Assembly (NCBI GenBank): GCA_965231215.1
Contig: OZ246423.1
Coordinates: 32,001-96,000 of the forward strand
DNA: 64,000 bases
Direction: 5' to 3'
Origin: Candidatus Altimarinota bacterium
GTDB taxonomy: Bacteria; Patescibacteriota; Gracilibacteria; UBA4473
Under the pieces are notes generated by a model that did no database searches, had not been told where the DNA came from, and worked only from the letters and a program-made list of their open reading frames with translations. A program made the position numbers and the translations under genes. Within the stretch, counting starts at the first letter, position 1. Every line of letters begins with the position of its first letter. Below are positions 43,401-53,112 of this stretch, one piece after another.

Positions 43401-43716
43401 CTTTAAGGTTCTTAAATCCTAATGCTTCAAATTCTTTTCGAGTTAGTAACACGTCTTGATCTGGCATCCAGGAACGATCAAAGCTAATTTTGATATTAGA
43501 AGTCCCTGATTCACGAGAAACAGTCACACCAGAATTTCCAGACCAATCATCTACATCTAAATTTTTAAGGTCTACTAGTTCTCTAATCCGATCTAATAAA
43601 TTATTCCGAGCTTCTTGACCCCCTGGAGTTACTTCTTGGCCAGATTCATGACCTGAGTCTAGAGTTTTGAAAATAAATTTAGTACCCTCGAAATCGGCAT
43701 TGCATAGAAATTTCAT
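40477..43716 (-). CDS. Large protein with two peptidoglycan-binding (PG_binding_1-like) motifs, a Cys/Lys/Arg-rich region and a C-terminal Hint domain
   Basis: VKEAQRWL..G...DGKVGKKTRAAV and VQKELN..G...DAKIGPKTREAI; Hint CFPAGTKITMAD...VTSEHP...TYNL...FYADGVLVHN. Confidence 0.8.
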   Translation of the reverse strand: MKFLCNADFEGTKFIFKTLDSGHESGQEVTPGGQEARNNLLDRIRELVDLKNLDVDDWSGNSGVTVSRESGTSNIKISFDRSWMPDQDVLLTRKEFEALGFKNLKELQTFLQLETEKLHEEAKFAEERKSIFSISAKASEFKEATPSDSRDRSEIPKEKLEELQTLRGEAEKQIKATQDKFLEKIHKDNIKTAKFLYQEAYNAIVAFNLANGEFKDSQLDSFSVLTELLPLKEKIDAYESDEIIKNVKNIKNIENKLIDLSQELLKKYTRVDAKKRVVIQNIINEENVKVVSADVAELKAALEAYQEGYNSLSADKQKDFPEVEYYNFEWITQLEAAIKTLEGSGAVASEVVSTGGNFDEYLKNTPKEKLKEKLEELKGIKELPTEGSVKEAQRWLREQGFKLSDSGNEADDIDGKVGKKTRAAVEAAIQRITEKLGNDTTKVNPVDTTTPTTKDQVDTVAPTTEKIEYGDVTLADFKSRVSLMRGPKRTEFIKFVQKELNKEGLDTGGVDAKIGPKTREAIKTAGKDGRLAKILEKYETEVVIARSSENIPAATKAKIDSLITTAGVKDIDGLAAMTRLDQAGGLDGRNRVAQYLVYRVEKMGIGATPEAQALMVKIMEQLNNNVVVKKAIAQAKGRDTRSYFVERGLLGAAQSLQGPNSKAGLERDMNRGTTASVGEWLKNGAITIGGKEYGSIAGKRLHVLTGKGDRWNDMSLETAGDFTLKNVTISRRNGVTMLVAQMDNGCEGNLIVIPLEKYGAPYSSPKPVKPRKPRVVKRVSKKSRVEVVKRVSKKPKTSKKPKTKEVRRKGRVCQTQRVCRNGFWCKRTRCKTRKGTWGSWGKWISTGVECPKKTSKPSKPKEKKDDKIKYARFCSRRTKTWWERKFKNGKPLGPAEDTREPCTPRKRPKPEPCCFPAGTKITMADQSIKKIEDIILGDEVLAYNEKNGETVMAQVLKLETPVREGYYKFNNDLLRVTSEHPVYVTKADGTQTWASLDPQKTEEDHQLGVAMLEIGDVIQLLEGSVELKSVDYVEGEVQTYNLSKVSQYHTFYADGVLVHNKDGNDGDGNDGNDGAAAPK

Positions 43717-43894
43717 GAATATTTAAATCAAAAAATCTGACAATTATATCACAAAAAAATAAAAATAACAAATGAAAATTTCTACCTCCTTTATACAAAC
43801 ACTTGTTAAAAGCTTCAAAGAATTTAATAAACCCCCAAAGCTAAGACAATTTTATGTCAAAAATAATCTACACAAAGAATTCCCTTTCAATAAT

Positions 43895-44428
43895 CTACGG
43901 CACAATATTCAACCACACAAAGTCAGTCCAATCACCTCCTGAAACCCCCTCTGAACCAGTCGCACAATTCATAGAAGTCACATTTTTGGCCTGATTTATA
44001 GCTCCCTGTGTACCATCAAAAATAAATCCAGCTCCCCCAGTTCCCGTATCATTTTCTTTCTTCGTAATAATAATAAATTCTTCGTTATTAGCCACTCTTG
44101 CCTGATATCCATAAAGGTAACAGTGCCCATCAGTAAATTCTGGAAGATTATAATCTTGGTTATCCATCCGAGACTTAAAATCACTTACCGTTACCAGATC
44201 CAGGGCTCCAAAAATTCCATCCCCATCTAAATCAGCAAAGTTAACCTGGTCTGAGATAAATTCATCAGATTTAATAATAATAGTCGCATTCCTAATGACA
44301 CTCAACCGAGAAGCATCATTAGCACTAAAAACATGGTTATGAAACGTAGCTACCCCCATTGATGAAAGGATTCCCGTAATCACAATGGTCACCAGCAACT
44401 CTACAAGTGTAAATCCCCTTTTAATCAT
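43895..44428 (-). CDS. Type IV pilin-like protein
   Basis: Prepilin motif KRG|FTLVELLVTIVI. Start placed at ATG 44428. Confidence 0.88.
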   Translation of the reverse strand: MIKRGFTLVELLVTIVITGILSSMGVATFHNHVFSANDASRLSVIRNATIIIKSDEFISDQVNFADLDGDGIFGALDLVTVSDFKSRMDNQDYNLPEFTDGHCYLYGYQARVANNEEFIIITKKENDTGTGGAGFIFDGTQGAINQAKNVTSMNCATGSEGVSGGDWTDFVWLNIVP

Positions 44429-44468
44429 TACGCAGATTTTACACACATATTAACATAAAACAAGTTCA

Positions 44469-44501
44469 AAAAAAAAGCGGCTCCCAAAAGGAAACCGCTT
44501 T
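44469..44501 (-). terminator. Rho-independent terminator between the pilin genes
   Basis: aaagcgg...ccgcttt stem with an A-tract on the plus strand. Confidence 0.65.
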
Positions 44502-44524
44502 TAGATTTAAACAATAATTTTAAA

Positions 44525-45052
44525 TTATTCGTTCAAAATTTGAATATCATAGGTAGCTACAGAGTTAATAGTTCCTGAACCAGCTGTACTTTCTGTAACG
44601 TTAACAATACCGCCTGTTCCATCACATAGAGTATCAGCCGTGATATCAGCCACAGCTCCGGCTGTACCATCAACAATGGGTGTTCCGCTGTTTTCTTCAC
44701 TACAAGTAAAGAAAGCAAACTGGTCAGCACCGTTGTTTACGTAAACGTAAGTGTACCCAGTAGTACTAGCCGCCGGCACAGAGTATCCTCCTTCGCTGAA
44801 GAGAGTCCCTTCAACCGATCCAGCGGTAGTCGTGTCTCCTTCGGCAATATCGAAGCTAGTAATAGTATTAACTGCACGGGCAGTTTTAAGAAGCGTAGCC
44901 ATGTTTCGAATGGCAGCTTGTCGTTCTGAATCACGAGCTTTCTTGAAGTAACCAGAGAAAGTCGCAACAGAGATAGTTGCTAGGATACCGATGATCACGA
45001 TAACCACGAGCAACTCAATAAGGGTGAATCCTTTTTTTGCTTGTGTTTGCAT
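44525..45052 (-). CDS. Type IV pilin (probable major pilin)
   Basis: KKG|FTLIELLVVIVIIGILA...KARDSER, a C-terminal Cys pair and its own terminator. Confidence 0.92.
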   Translation of the reverse strand: MQTQAKKGFTLIELLVVIVIIGILATISVATFSGYFKKARDSERQAAIRNMATLLKTARAVNTITSFDIAEGDTTTAGSVEGTLFSEGGYSVPAASTTGYTYVYVNNGADQFAFFTCSEENSGTPIVDGTAGAVADITADTLCDGTGGIVNVTESTAGSGTINSVATYDIQILNE

Positions 45053-45197
45053 TTTTGCTAAAGGTTAAAAAATAGCGAATCGATATTAGCTTCTAGTTAA
45101 GCTTTAGTGCAAATAATTTGTACAAAAAAAAATTGCCTCAAAACACATTTGTGGTCTAGATTAACATTACTTTATACCGCTAGATGCAAAATTCAGG

Positions 45198-46172
45198 TTA
45201 AATCTCTTTAAGCGCTGCTTGTATCCCAGCCTCAAAATCAGTTATTTGAATGTCTAAAGTCTGACCAGTCATTATTTGATAGAGCTCTAGATATTTTTCA
45301 GCCGCCTGTAAGCGAATTTCATTTGTCATAAAGTCCTTTGGGTTTTGATCATTATTGTCTACATCGTATCCAGCTCCAACCAACATCCGTCTGACAAACT
45401 CTTTATCCAAGCTCACTGGCTCTTTTCCTGCCTCAAAAAGATCTAGATAGGTATCCGCAATCCAATACCGAGAAGAGTCAGGCGTATGTACTTCATCAAT
45501 AACAATCAAATCCCCTTCTAGCGTAAGGCCCATTTCATATTTAGTATCTACTAATATTAACCCTTGTGCAGCCGCTAAGGCTTGCCCATGAGCAAACATT
45601 TTTAGAGCATAGCTTTCTGCCTGAGCATAGATTTCTTCACTCACCAAGCCTTCTTGTATTATTTCTTTCCGAGAAATATTTCTATCATGCCCTATTTCTG
45701 GTTTGGTTGTGGGGGTAAGAATAGGTTTAGGAAAAATTTGGTTTTTCACCATGCCTTCTGGCATCTCGATCCCTGAGATCATTCGATTATTATTTTTATA
45801 GGCATACCAAGCCGAAGTCGTCGTAGTACCTGTAAGGTAACCTCTTACAATAATCTCTATAGGGAGTGGCTTCGCGTTTTTTACGACAGAAACATTAGGA
45901 TGCGGTACCGCTATAAGGTGATGTGGCACCCCAATATCATCAAGTTTCCCAAACCACCAAGCCGCAATCTGGTTTAACACCTGTCCTTTAAAAGGAACCG
46001 TTCCTAGAATAAAATCAAAAGCCGAAATTCTATCAGTTACTACAATGGCCCGAGCCTGATCATTCATTATAAAACTTTCCCTCACCTTGCCAGAATGATG
46101 TCCTTGGTGTTCATCAAAATCAATACTATCAATTACAAAATCCAACGCAGCCGGATCAATGTGAGTCATCAT
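45198..46172 (-). CDS. purC: SAICAR synthetase
   Basis: GKVRE, TDRISAFD, KGQVLN, E.IVRGY.TG, TPTTK, DTKYE.G, DEVHTPDSSRYW and LDKEFVR motifs. Confidence 0.93.
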   Translation of the reverse strand: MMTHIDPAALDFVIDSIDFDEHQGHHSGKVRESFIMNDQARAIVVTDRISAFDFILGTVPFKGQVLNQIAAWWFGKLDDIGVPHHLIAVPHPNVSVVKNAKPLPIEIIVRGYLTGTTTTSAWYAYKNNNRMISGIEMPEGMVKNQIFPKPILTPTTKPEIGHDRNISRKEIIQEGLVSEEIYAQAESYALKMFAHGQALAAAQGLILVDTKYEMGLTLEGDLIVIDEVHTPDSSRYWIADTYLDLFEAGKEPVSLDKEFVRRMLVGAGYDVDNNDQNPKDFMTNEIRLQAAEKYLELYQIMTGQTLDIQITDFEAGIQAALKEI

Positions 46173-46224
46173 GCGATATTATGCTGATTTTTCCCAAAAT
46201 TAAAATATAAAAACCGTTATCAAG

Positions 46225-46305
46225 CTTCAGGTCTCGTGGTTTTTTTGAGCTGAAATAACACCTAATTAGAGGGATAGTCCGTGAAAGGGACACTCCCCTT
46301 TCACA
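46225..46305. repeat. Intergenic repeat family C, copy 2
   Basis: caggtctcgtggttt...ggatag...gtgaaaggg...ccctttcac hairpin. Confidence 0.5.
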
Positions 46306-46308
46306 CTA

Positions 46309-46797
46309 CTACGCTACTTTCAAAATTTCATAATCAAAGCTTCCTCCTGGAGCTTCTACTTTTACTTTCTCTTTGGCTTTTTTCCCTAAGATAGCCGCTC
46401 CCACGGGTGATTCATTTGAGATTTTATGCGCCATAGGATCGGCTTCTGTAGATCCTACAATTGTGTATTCATGTTTCTCCTTGTCCCCTTTTCTCTGAAG
46501 CGTCACGGTTGAACCAATTTGGATCAGTCCTTTTTCACTTTCTGATTCTTCAATAATCTCCGCATTTTTAACCTGCTCTTCTAGTTCAAGAATTCGTCCC
46601 TCAATAAAGGCCTGTTGATTTTTGGCCTCATCATACTCTGAATTCTCTGAAAGATCCCCATAAGAAATAGCCTCTGCCAATCTATCAGAAACCTCTTTAC
46701 GACCATCGGTCTTGAGGTAATCCAGTTCTTCTTGTAATTTTTTAAGACCTTCTTTGGTCAATAATACTTTCTGTTTGTTATCGTCTTGAGCCGCCAT
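46309..46797 (-). CDS. greA: Transcription elongation factor GreA
   Basis: GDLSENSEYDEAK and ISNESPVG motifs. Confidence 0.95.
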   Translation of the reverse strand: MAAQDDNKQKVLLTKEGLKKLQEELDYLKTDGRKEVSDRLAEAISYGDLSENSEYDEAKNQQAFIEGRILELEEQVKNAEIIEESESEKGLIQIGSTVTLQRKGDKEKHEYTIVGSTEADPMAHKISNESPVGAAILGKKAKEKVKVEAPGGSFDYEILKVA

Positions 46798-46951
46798 AAA
46801 GTAAAGTGGTTAGTGTTCGAATTTGCTAATGAAAAACCTTTTCCTATAGCTGAAAAAACTTATCGAGTTTTCAGCAAAAAGCAAATTTAAAAATAACGGA
46901 AAATGCCCCCACAAAATCTAAACCTTAAAATCATTAGCTCATTAGCAGTGC

Positions 46952-48247
46952 TTAGGCCGTCTCGTCTTCAGAAAAAGAAAAATTATCGTTGGCAGACTTA
47001 GTCGTTACGTTTACATATGACGGGTAAAGCTCTGACAAGCTCTTTTTATAAATATTTGGATGTTCTTCTGAAATCTTCATAGACATCGGGTGAGTTCTGA
47101 GTTTTTCAAGTACCTTCGCTTCAATTTGCCGAATACGCTCACGTGTTACATTAAACTCCTTCCCTACTTCTTCCAGCGTATGCGGTACTCCATCATCTAG
47201 CCCAAATCTCATTTTAATAATTTTTTGTTCTCGCGGAGAAAGGTATTGAAGCAGATCAGAAATATTTTCTTTAATCATCTGTCGGTGAGCCGTTTCAAAT
47301 GGAGAAAGGGCTCCCTCATCTTCAATAAAGTCTCCCAGCTTAGAATCTTCTTCAGAGCCCACTGGAGATTCAAGCGATACAATATCTTGAGAGATTTTGA
47401 GGATGTGATTTACCTTTTTGAGGTCCAGATCCATTTCGGCCGCAATTTCTTCTGGCAGAGGTTCTCTCCCCAATTCTTGTTGAAGTCGTCGTTGAGTATG
47501 CGTGAGTTTATTAATAGTCTCCACCATATGCACCGGAATCCGGATCGTTCTAGCCTGATCCGCAATAGCTCTTGTAATCGCCTGACGAATCCACCACGTC
47601 GCATATGTAGAAAACTTAAACCCTTTAGTATAATCAAACTTTTCTACCGCACGAAGAAGACCAAAATTTCCTTCCTGCATGAGGTCTAAAAAAGGCAATC
47701 CTCTTCCAATATACCGTTTAGCAATAGACACCACTAAACGCAGGTTTGATTCAGCTAATTTCTGTTTGGCTGATAGATCTCCTTTTTCAATTCGTTTAGC
47801 CAAATCTACTTCTTCTTGGGCCGTCAAAAGCGGGATACGCCCAATCTCATTCAGATACATTCGCACTGAATCATTGGAAATCTCAGAAAGATCCACAAAC
47901 GTATTTTCATCCTCTTCCTCCCCTTCTTCTGCTTCTTCTGCCTTAAGATCTTGCTCTGTAGGCTCTACATCTTCAATAGTTACTTTTACTGCTACATCGT
48001 CTTCTCCTTTTTTGGCTTTAGCTTCCATTCGCTCACGCCAAATTTTTTCCTCTTTTACATCAATTACTTCAACCCCTAGATCCAAAAAGAGTTCATAGAG
48101 CTCATCCAGAAGCAAAAGGTTTTCTTCTACATTCGGCACCACTTTCATAAGCTCTTGTTCAGTGATGAACTTCTGATCCCGACCTTTAGCTACTAACTGT
48201 TGTACTGGTTCTGGGAATTTTTCGATACGTTTTTGGAACTTAGACAT
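46952..48247 (-). CDS. rpoD: RNA polymerase primary sigma factor
   Basis: [51 protein letters not shown] and TRERIRQIE motifs. Confidence 0.95.
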   Translation of the reverse strand: MSKFQKRIEKFPEPVQQLVAKGRDQKFITEQELMKVVPNVEENLLLLDELYELFLDLGVEVIDVKEEKIWRERMEAKAKKGEDDVAVKVTIEDVEPTEQDLKAEEAEEGEEEDENTFVDLSEISNDSVRMYLNEIGRIPLLTAQEEVDLAKRIEKGDLSAKQKLAESNLRLVVSIAKRYIGRGLPFLDLMQEGNFGLLRAVEKFDYTKGFKFSTYATWWIRQAITRAIADQARTIRIPVHMVETINKLTHTQRRLQQELGREPLPEEIAAEMDLDLKKVNHILKISQDIVSLESPVGSEEDSKLGDFIEDEGALSPFETAHRQMIKENISDLLQYLSPREQKIIKMRFGLDDGVPHTLEEVGKEFNVTRERIRQIEAKVLEKLRTHPMSMKISEEHPNIYKKSLSELYPSYVNVTTKSANDNFSFSEDETA

Positions 48248-48304
48248 TAATGTTGGAATATGAGATGTATAATCATCGACACAAAATCGACAAATAAAAA
48301 GTGT

Positions 48305-49345
48305 TTAAAATTGCGATAGGAAAGCTTTTTTGTTGGAAGACAAATGACGGATATCTTCAATTCCGTATTTCATCATAACCAGCCTGGTCAACCCAAAACC
48401 AAAGGCAAACCCTTGGTATTCATTGGGGTCAACATCACTATTGCTTAGGACATTGGGGTGCACCATTCCAGCTCCACAGAACTCTAGCCATCGGCCATAT
48501 TCTTGGCCATCTTTGGTATATTCCCACCAAATATCTACTTCTAATCCTGGCTCTACAAAGGGGAAATAACCTGGTCGGATTCTTACTTTAATCTCTTTTT
48601 CAAATACAGCTGAAAGCATTACTTCTAAAACCCCTTTCAGGTGAGCTATAGAAATATCTTTATCCACCATAAGCCCCTCTACCTGATAAAACATAGCATC
48701 ATGAGTCGCATCAATGGATTCATTCCGAAACACTCTTCCAGGAGCAATAATCCGGATAGGCGCCCCTTTCTCTAACATCTTTCTTACCTGTAGGTTTGAG
48801 GTATGAGTCCTCAAGACCGAATTTTTATGCGAATCAGAAGCCTGACTCGAAACAAAGAAAGTATCCTGCATATCTCGAGCCGGATGTGTCGGTGGAATAT
48901 TGAGTGCATCAAAATTATGCCATTCGGTTTCTACCTCTGGTCCGTCAGCAATTTCAAACCCCATTCCAGTAAAGATCTGCTCTACCTTTTGCTGAATTGC
49001 TGACATCGGGTGAATCGCTCCTTTATTAGCTGGCAAAGACTTCGTCACATCAATCCAGTCCTGCGCTAATTGCGCATTCATTTCAGCCTGGCGCATTTCA
49101 GATTGGAGACGCTCAAACTCCGTTTCTGTATTTAATTTTAATTGCTGTAGTTTAGGTCCAATTTCTTTTTTTTCTTCAGGAGTACAATTTTTCAATTCGC
49201 TAAAAAGACCATTAAATGGAGATTTTTTCCCCAGGTAGTTTTGATGAAAAATCTGAAGATCAGAAATAACAGAAAGACCTGTAAACGCTTTTTGGATTTC
49301 TCCCTCAAGTGCGGAAATTTTTTGTATAAGGTCTTTTAATGACAT
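48305..49345 (-). CDS. pheS: Phenylalanine--tRNA ligase alpha subunit
   Basis: HPARDMQDTF, LRTHTS, YFPFVEP and GFAFGFG motifs. Confidence 0.95.
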   Translation of the reverse strand: MSLKDLIQKISALEGEIQKAFTGLSVISDLQIFHQNYLGKKSPFNGLFSELKNCTPEEKKEIGPKLQQLKLNTETEFERLQSEMRQAEMNAQLAQDWIDVTKSLPANKGAIHPMSAIQQKVEQIFTGMGFEIADGPEVETEWHNFDALNIPPTHPARDMQDTFFVSSQASDSHKNSVLRTHTSNLQVRKMLEKGAPIRIIAPGRVFRNESIDATHDAMFYQVEGLMVDKDISIAHLKGVLEVMLSAVFEKEIKVRIRPGYFPFVEPGLEVDIWWEYTKDGQEYGRWLEFCGAGMVHPNVLSNSDVDPNEYQGFAFGFGLTRLVMMKYGIEDIRHLSSNKKAFLSQF

Positions 49346-49515
49346 CTAAATATTTTGAGACAAAAAAACAAAAATTTGCTTTTTATAAAAAAATCGTGTA
49401 AAGTATTGGGATTTAACGCTAAAAGTCAAAAAATTAAGTACATAAACTTTTAAGGGTTAAACTAATAAAAAACATGAGCCCATTAGCCAAATACAAAAAC
49501 TAAAACACTAAAAAA

Positions 49516-50808
49516 ATGAGTCTCAATTTCAACTTCGGTCTCAAAGGAAAAAATGACGATAGTACTGTCGCCCAAGACGACGGCGCAACTCCCGTAACAG
49601 ATCCTGTAGTAGATCCTAATGCTGGTACTGATCCAGCCGGAGGACAACCTGTAGGAGATGATATTACTATTAATGTAACAGACGCCCCAAGTTTAAGCGA
49701 TGACTCTAGTATTCAAATTACTTCAGAAGAACCAGTTCAAGCTCCAGTAGTGCAAGAAGCTCCGGTAGCTCCAGTGGCCCCCGTAGCAGATCCTTTTGCG
49801 ACTCCTACTGCCACAGAAGCTACTACCGTAGCAATCGAACCAAGTCTAACAACTCCAGAAACAGCAGCGGCTCCTGTAGCTGACCCCTTTGCTGCGCCTG
49901 CTCCAGTTACACAAGAAGCCGCACCAAATCCTTTTGAAGCTCCTCAACCCGTTGCCCCTGCCGCTGAAATAGCTCCGGTTGAAAATCCTTTTGCTACTGA
50001 AACTCCCGCTGAAACCGCCGCTCCAGCATCTATAGCTGAAGCCCCTATCCCTGAGGCAACAGCGCCAGTAGAAGCGGCACCAGTAGCTGAGGCTGCCGGC
50101 ACAGAAAATACTAACGCTGATTTTAGTTTTAATCCTTTTGGTGACACTCCACCAGCCGCTGAAGAAACCTCCACCCTAGTGGAGCCTGTGGCTGAAGCCC
50201 CTGTGGTTGAAGCTGTCGCTGAAACTCCGGCTCCAGTTGAAGAAACCGTTACTCCAGTTGCTGAAGAATCTACAGGGTTCGGAGACCTCCTTGCCGATTC
50301 TACTCCTGAAGCAGCCGCAGGTACTGCCGCTGCCACTAGTACACAAGATGACGCCGTAGTTGCTGATGATACAACCGTTAATAATGAGGTAGCTGTAAAT
50401 CCATTCGAAGATAATAATACTTCAACGGTACAATCAGACGACAACTTTGCAGAGGAAGATTACGATGAAGATTACAGTGAGGAAGAGTATGAAGAGGTAG
50501 ATCCTTTAAATTCTCTTACAAGTATTAAGTCTGAGATTGAAATGTTTGTAGAAATGCACACTCAAAACATTAAGGACTACGAATCTCAAATTGAAGTACT
50601 AAAAGCCAACATCAAATCTGAGAAAGAACTTCTAAAAGGAAAAAAAGCTGAATTTAGAGATATGCTTCACGAAATTGAAGGTCTAACTGGAGATTTTGAA
50701 GATTCCTCTGAAAAACCAAAAAAGAAACGAAGACGGAAATCTAAATCTAAATCCCACACAGACGCTCCAGCCGAAACCTCAAATTATGAGGAGGAAGCTG
50801 AAGCCTAA
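49516..50808 (+). CDS. Acidic Pro/Ala/Thr-rich disordered protein with NPF/DPF repeats and a C-terminal coiled coil
   Basis: 430-aa low-complexity ORF with repeated [ND]PF and a heptad region near the C-terminus. Confidence 0.75.
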   Translation: MSLNFNFGLKGKNDDSTVAQDDGATPVTDPVVDPNAGTDPAGGQPVGDDITINVTDAPSLSDDSSIQITSEEPVQAPVVQEAPVAPVAPVADPFATPTATEATTVAIEPSLTTPETAAAPVADPFAAPAPVTQEAAPNPFEAPQPVAPAAEIAPVENPFATETPAETAAPASIAEAPIPEATAPVEAAPVAEAAGTENTNADFSFNPFGDTPPAAEETSTLVEPVAEAPVVEAVAETPAPVEETVTPVAEESTGFGDLLADSTPEAAAGTAAATSTQDDAVVADDTTVNNEVAVNPFEDNNTSTVQSDDNFAEEDYDEDYSEEEYEEVDPLNSLTSIKSEIEMFVEMHTQNIKDYESQIEVLKANIKSEKELLKGKKAEFRDMLHEIEGLTGDFEDSSEKPKKKRRRKSKSKSHTDAPAETSNYEEEAEA

Positions 50809-50840
50809 TGTTTCGGCTTTGTCGCAAACAAGCAAACAAT

Positions 50841-50869
50841 AAAAAAGCTCCACCAAGGTGGAGCTTTTT
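50841..50869. terminator. Bidirectional terminator
   Basis: aaaaagctccacc-aa-ggtggagcttttt between convergent genes. Confidence 0.8.
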
Positions 50870-50966
50870 AATCTCAATCTAGAGAAGTGTTAGATCCTTC
50901 GATTTAGCATCAAGTGCCTGACTCAGGATAATTTGACCAACCGCTAGCAAGCTTGCTGGGGTTCAA

Positions 50967-51242
50967 TTAGTTAACAGCTTCTTTTAGGTTTTTACCAGCT
51001 TTGAAAGTAGGCACTTTAGAAGCTGGGATTTTAATTTTTTGAGATGGGTTTTGTGGATTTACCCCAGTACGAGCAGCTCGATGAGATACTTTAAAAGTAC
51101 CGAAACCAGTGATAGTTACTTGTTCACCGTTAGTAAGTTCACCAGTAACTGTATCAATAAAAGCTTCAAGAGCGTCTCCAGCAGCTTTTTTAGTGAGACC
51201 AGCTCGATTTGCAATAGCGGTAATTAGATCACCTTTTGACAT
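50967..51242 (-). CDS. hup: HU DNA-binding protein
   Basis: GFGTF...R.G.NP...PTFKAGK.LKEAV motifs. Confidence 0.95.
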   Translation of the reverse strand: MSKGDLITAIANRAGLTKKAAGDALEAFIDTVTGELTNGEQVTITGFGTFKVSHRAARTGVNPQNPSQKIKIPASKVPTFKAGKNLKEAVN

Positions 51243-51547
51243 GATAAATGTGGGTTAAGAAATATTGCGCTGAAATTCTAATCGTGTGTTTAGCCCTTTG
51301 GCAAGGCAATTTTAGAGAAAATAATGTTACCAAAAATAAAAATTATTTTATTTTAATATTTAGAAAGATAAAAATTGTGAGAGCCTTGTATACAAAAAGG
51401 CTACAAGAATATTGCCCTAAATGGTTCTTAGTTCAGCCTCCATTGGGACCTATGATATAGGCGCTTTATTAACCCCATTTCCAGCATAATAACGCCGCTC
51501 ACTAGCATTCTTCAAACTCTTTTTAAAAGGGTTTAATATTCATAAAA

Positions 51548-52390
51548 CTAAGCTATAGATTGTCCCAAAATAGCCGCAGCACGTTTGTAATCGGCCATTT
51601 TCAAATGAACCCCATCACTACGGTTGCGCATACCTTGGTATGGATTCACAAATTGAATACCCGATTCTTGAGCCAGAGCTGCATACTGTTGATTAAGCGC
51701 ATTAACCGCTCCCTGCTTCCCTCCTTTAACCATAGGCGGAACCGCTACAAGTGTGATTTGAACCCCATTAGATTTTGCAATTTCAATAGCTCTCTTGGCA
51801 TGAGCCACTGCCTGGCTCGCTCCATCAGCCATAATATTGTTAGTTCCAAAACACCAGAAACAGTGTCCAGGTAGGTTTCCAGAGCGTGCATCTTGCTCTA
51901 ACTGAGCAAGCCCAAATGAGCTCGTCGCCCCATTTTTGGCTGATGATGATTGCTCCCCCAATCCGCGAGCATGAGAATCTCCATAAATCCTCGCCTCGCT
52001 TAATTTTGCTCTAGCTTTTTTCTCCTCAGGACCATTCATTTTTGGGATATTTTTACCTGAAACCGTTTTATCTTTTGTATTTTTAACACTTGGTCCAGCA
52101 TTTGTAGTATTGCCTAAAGCGGTAGAGGTATTTGAGTCTGAATTAGCCTTTCTACCAGTAAGCATAGCCATAAGATTTCTTAGCATTTCCCCTAAACTTC
52201 CTAAACTTGACCCAAGCCCTTCAAACTCTTTTCCCGCCTCTCCCTTTAAAGCTTCTCTTATAACTGGCGCTTTTCCAGAGCGAACAAGCCTCCTCCCTAG
52301 CGTATGTATTTTAGTGGGAGAAATCTCATCTCCAGTGGGGATTAGGGAGTCTATAGTACTTTTAAAATCTGGGTTTTGACGGAGAGCCAT
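51548..52390 (-). CDS. SGNH/GDSL hydrolase-domain protein
   Basis: Blocks YGDSH, NG, FGTNN and DGVH, preceded by an amphipathic helix (LGEMLRNLMAMLTG) and a polar linker. Confidence 0.8.
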   Translation of the reverse strand: MALRQNPDFKSTIDSLIPTGDEISPTKIHTLGRRLVRSGKAPVIREALKGEAGKEFEGLGSSLGSLGEMLRNLMAMLTGRKANSDSNTSTALGNTTNAGPSVKNTKDKTVSGKNIPKMNGPEEKKARAKLSEARIYGDSHARGLGEQSSSAKNGATSSFGLAQLEQDARSGNLPGHCFWCFGTNNIMADGASQAVAHAKRAIEIAKSNGVQITLVAVPPMVKGGKQGAVNALNQQYAALAQESGIQFVNPYQGMRNRSDGVHLKMADYKRAAAILGQSIA

Positions 52391-52402
52391 TATAAAAAAA
52401 TT

Positions 52403-52675
52403 TTAAGAAAAAATTTGCTTTACTCTTTCTAAAGCGTTTGGTTTTTTAGATTTTCTTTTGAGCAAAGAAGCTATCTGAGTTTCCTGACGCTGAAAAGTTT
52501 CTAAAAAATCAGGGAAAATCTTTTTAGTAAAGGCTTTAACTGGGCCTTTAGCAATGGGTAAACGGTCAAATATTTGAGGAAGTTTAACACTCCCTGCATT
52601 AAAAAAATTTTCCCAAGGATTTTGAGTCACTTTAGTAAATTTTTTTGGAATACTTAAAAATTGTTCTTTAACCAT
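52403..52675 (-). CDS. Small basic hypothetical protein
   Basis: 90-aa ORF tightly packed between 52678 and 51548. Confidence 0.55.
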   Translation of the reverse strand: MVKEQFLSIPKKFTKVTQNPWENFFNAGSVKLPQIFDRLPIAKGPVKAFTKKIFPDFLETFQRQETQIASLLKRKSKKPNALERVKQIFS

Positions 52676-52677
52676 GG

Positions 52678-52992
52678 CTAAAGGGTAGATAACATATCAT
52701 CAAGTTCTTGTTCTGCACTGGATATTTCCTTAATACGGATTTTTTCTTCCTCTTCTACAATCCGTTTAAGGGCTTCGTGAATAGCCATATTTTCTAAGTC
52801 GGCAAAAAAGTGAGGGTTTTTCTCTAAGATTTTCCTAAAAAGATCCGTTTGTTTTTCATCCATTTGCCGCAAAATAGGCAAAATTTCAGCCTGAGTTTGG
52901 TTGTCGGCTTCCATTACCTGGATTTTAATATCCTTCGCCAGAAACAAGTTTCTGGACAGTAGCTCTTCGATTTCGTTAATAATTTCACTCAT
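52678..52992 (-). CDS. Small helical protein, paralog of 54627
   Basis: EIEELLSRNL..IL..D.KQT...ILEKNPHFF..LE aligns with 54627 (EILELLNRNL..IL..DQKQT...ILKEDPYFF..LE). Confidence 0.8.
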   Translation of the reverse strand: MSEIINEIEELLSRNLFLAKDIKIQVMEADNQTQAEILPILRQMDEKQTDLFRKILEKNPHFFADLENMAIHEALKRIVEEEEKIRIKEISSAEQELDDMLSTL

Positions 52993-53064
52993 AATATCTT
53001 CTTATTGTAACACAAAAAACACTTTTTTTCTAGTGAAAAATAATTCAGTACAACATAAAAAAAA

Positions 53065-53093
53065 TTTACAAAACAATAAAAAGGTGCTATTAT
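53065..53093 (+). promoter_or_regulatory. Sigma-70 promoter (divergent region)
   Basis: TTTACA-N17-TATTAT with extended TG. The opposite strand has TGtTACAAT before ATG 52992. Confidence 0.55.
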
Positions 53094-53112
53094 TATCAGA
53101 AATAAAAATAAC

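Noticed and set aside
52391-52405. 52403-52675 and 51548-52390 are in frame and separated by a single TAA (possible nonsense mutation or readthrough)
   Set aside because: The 12-nt spacer is a typical AT-rich initiation region before an ATG, and frame coincidence has a 1-in-3 chance. It cannot be supported without homologs.
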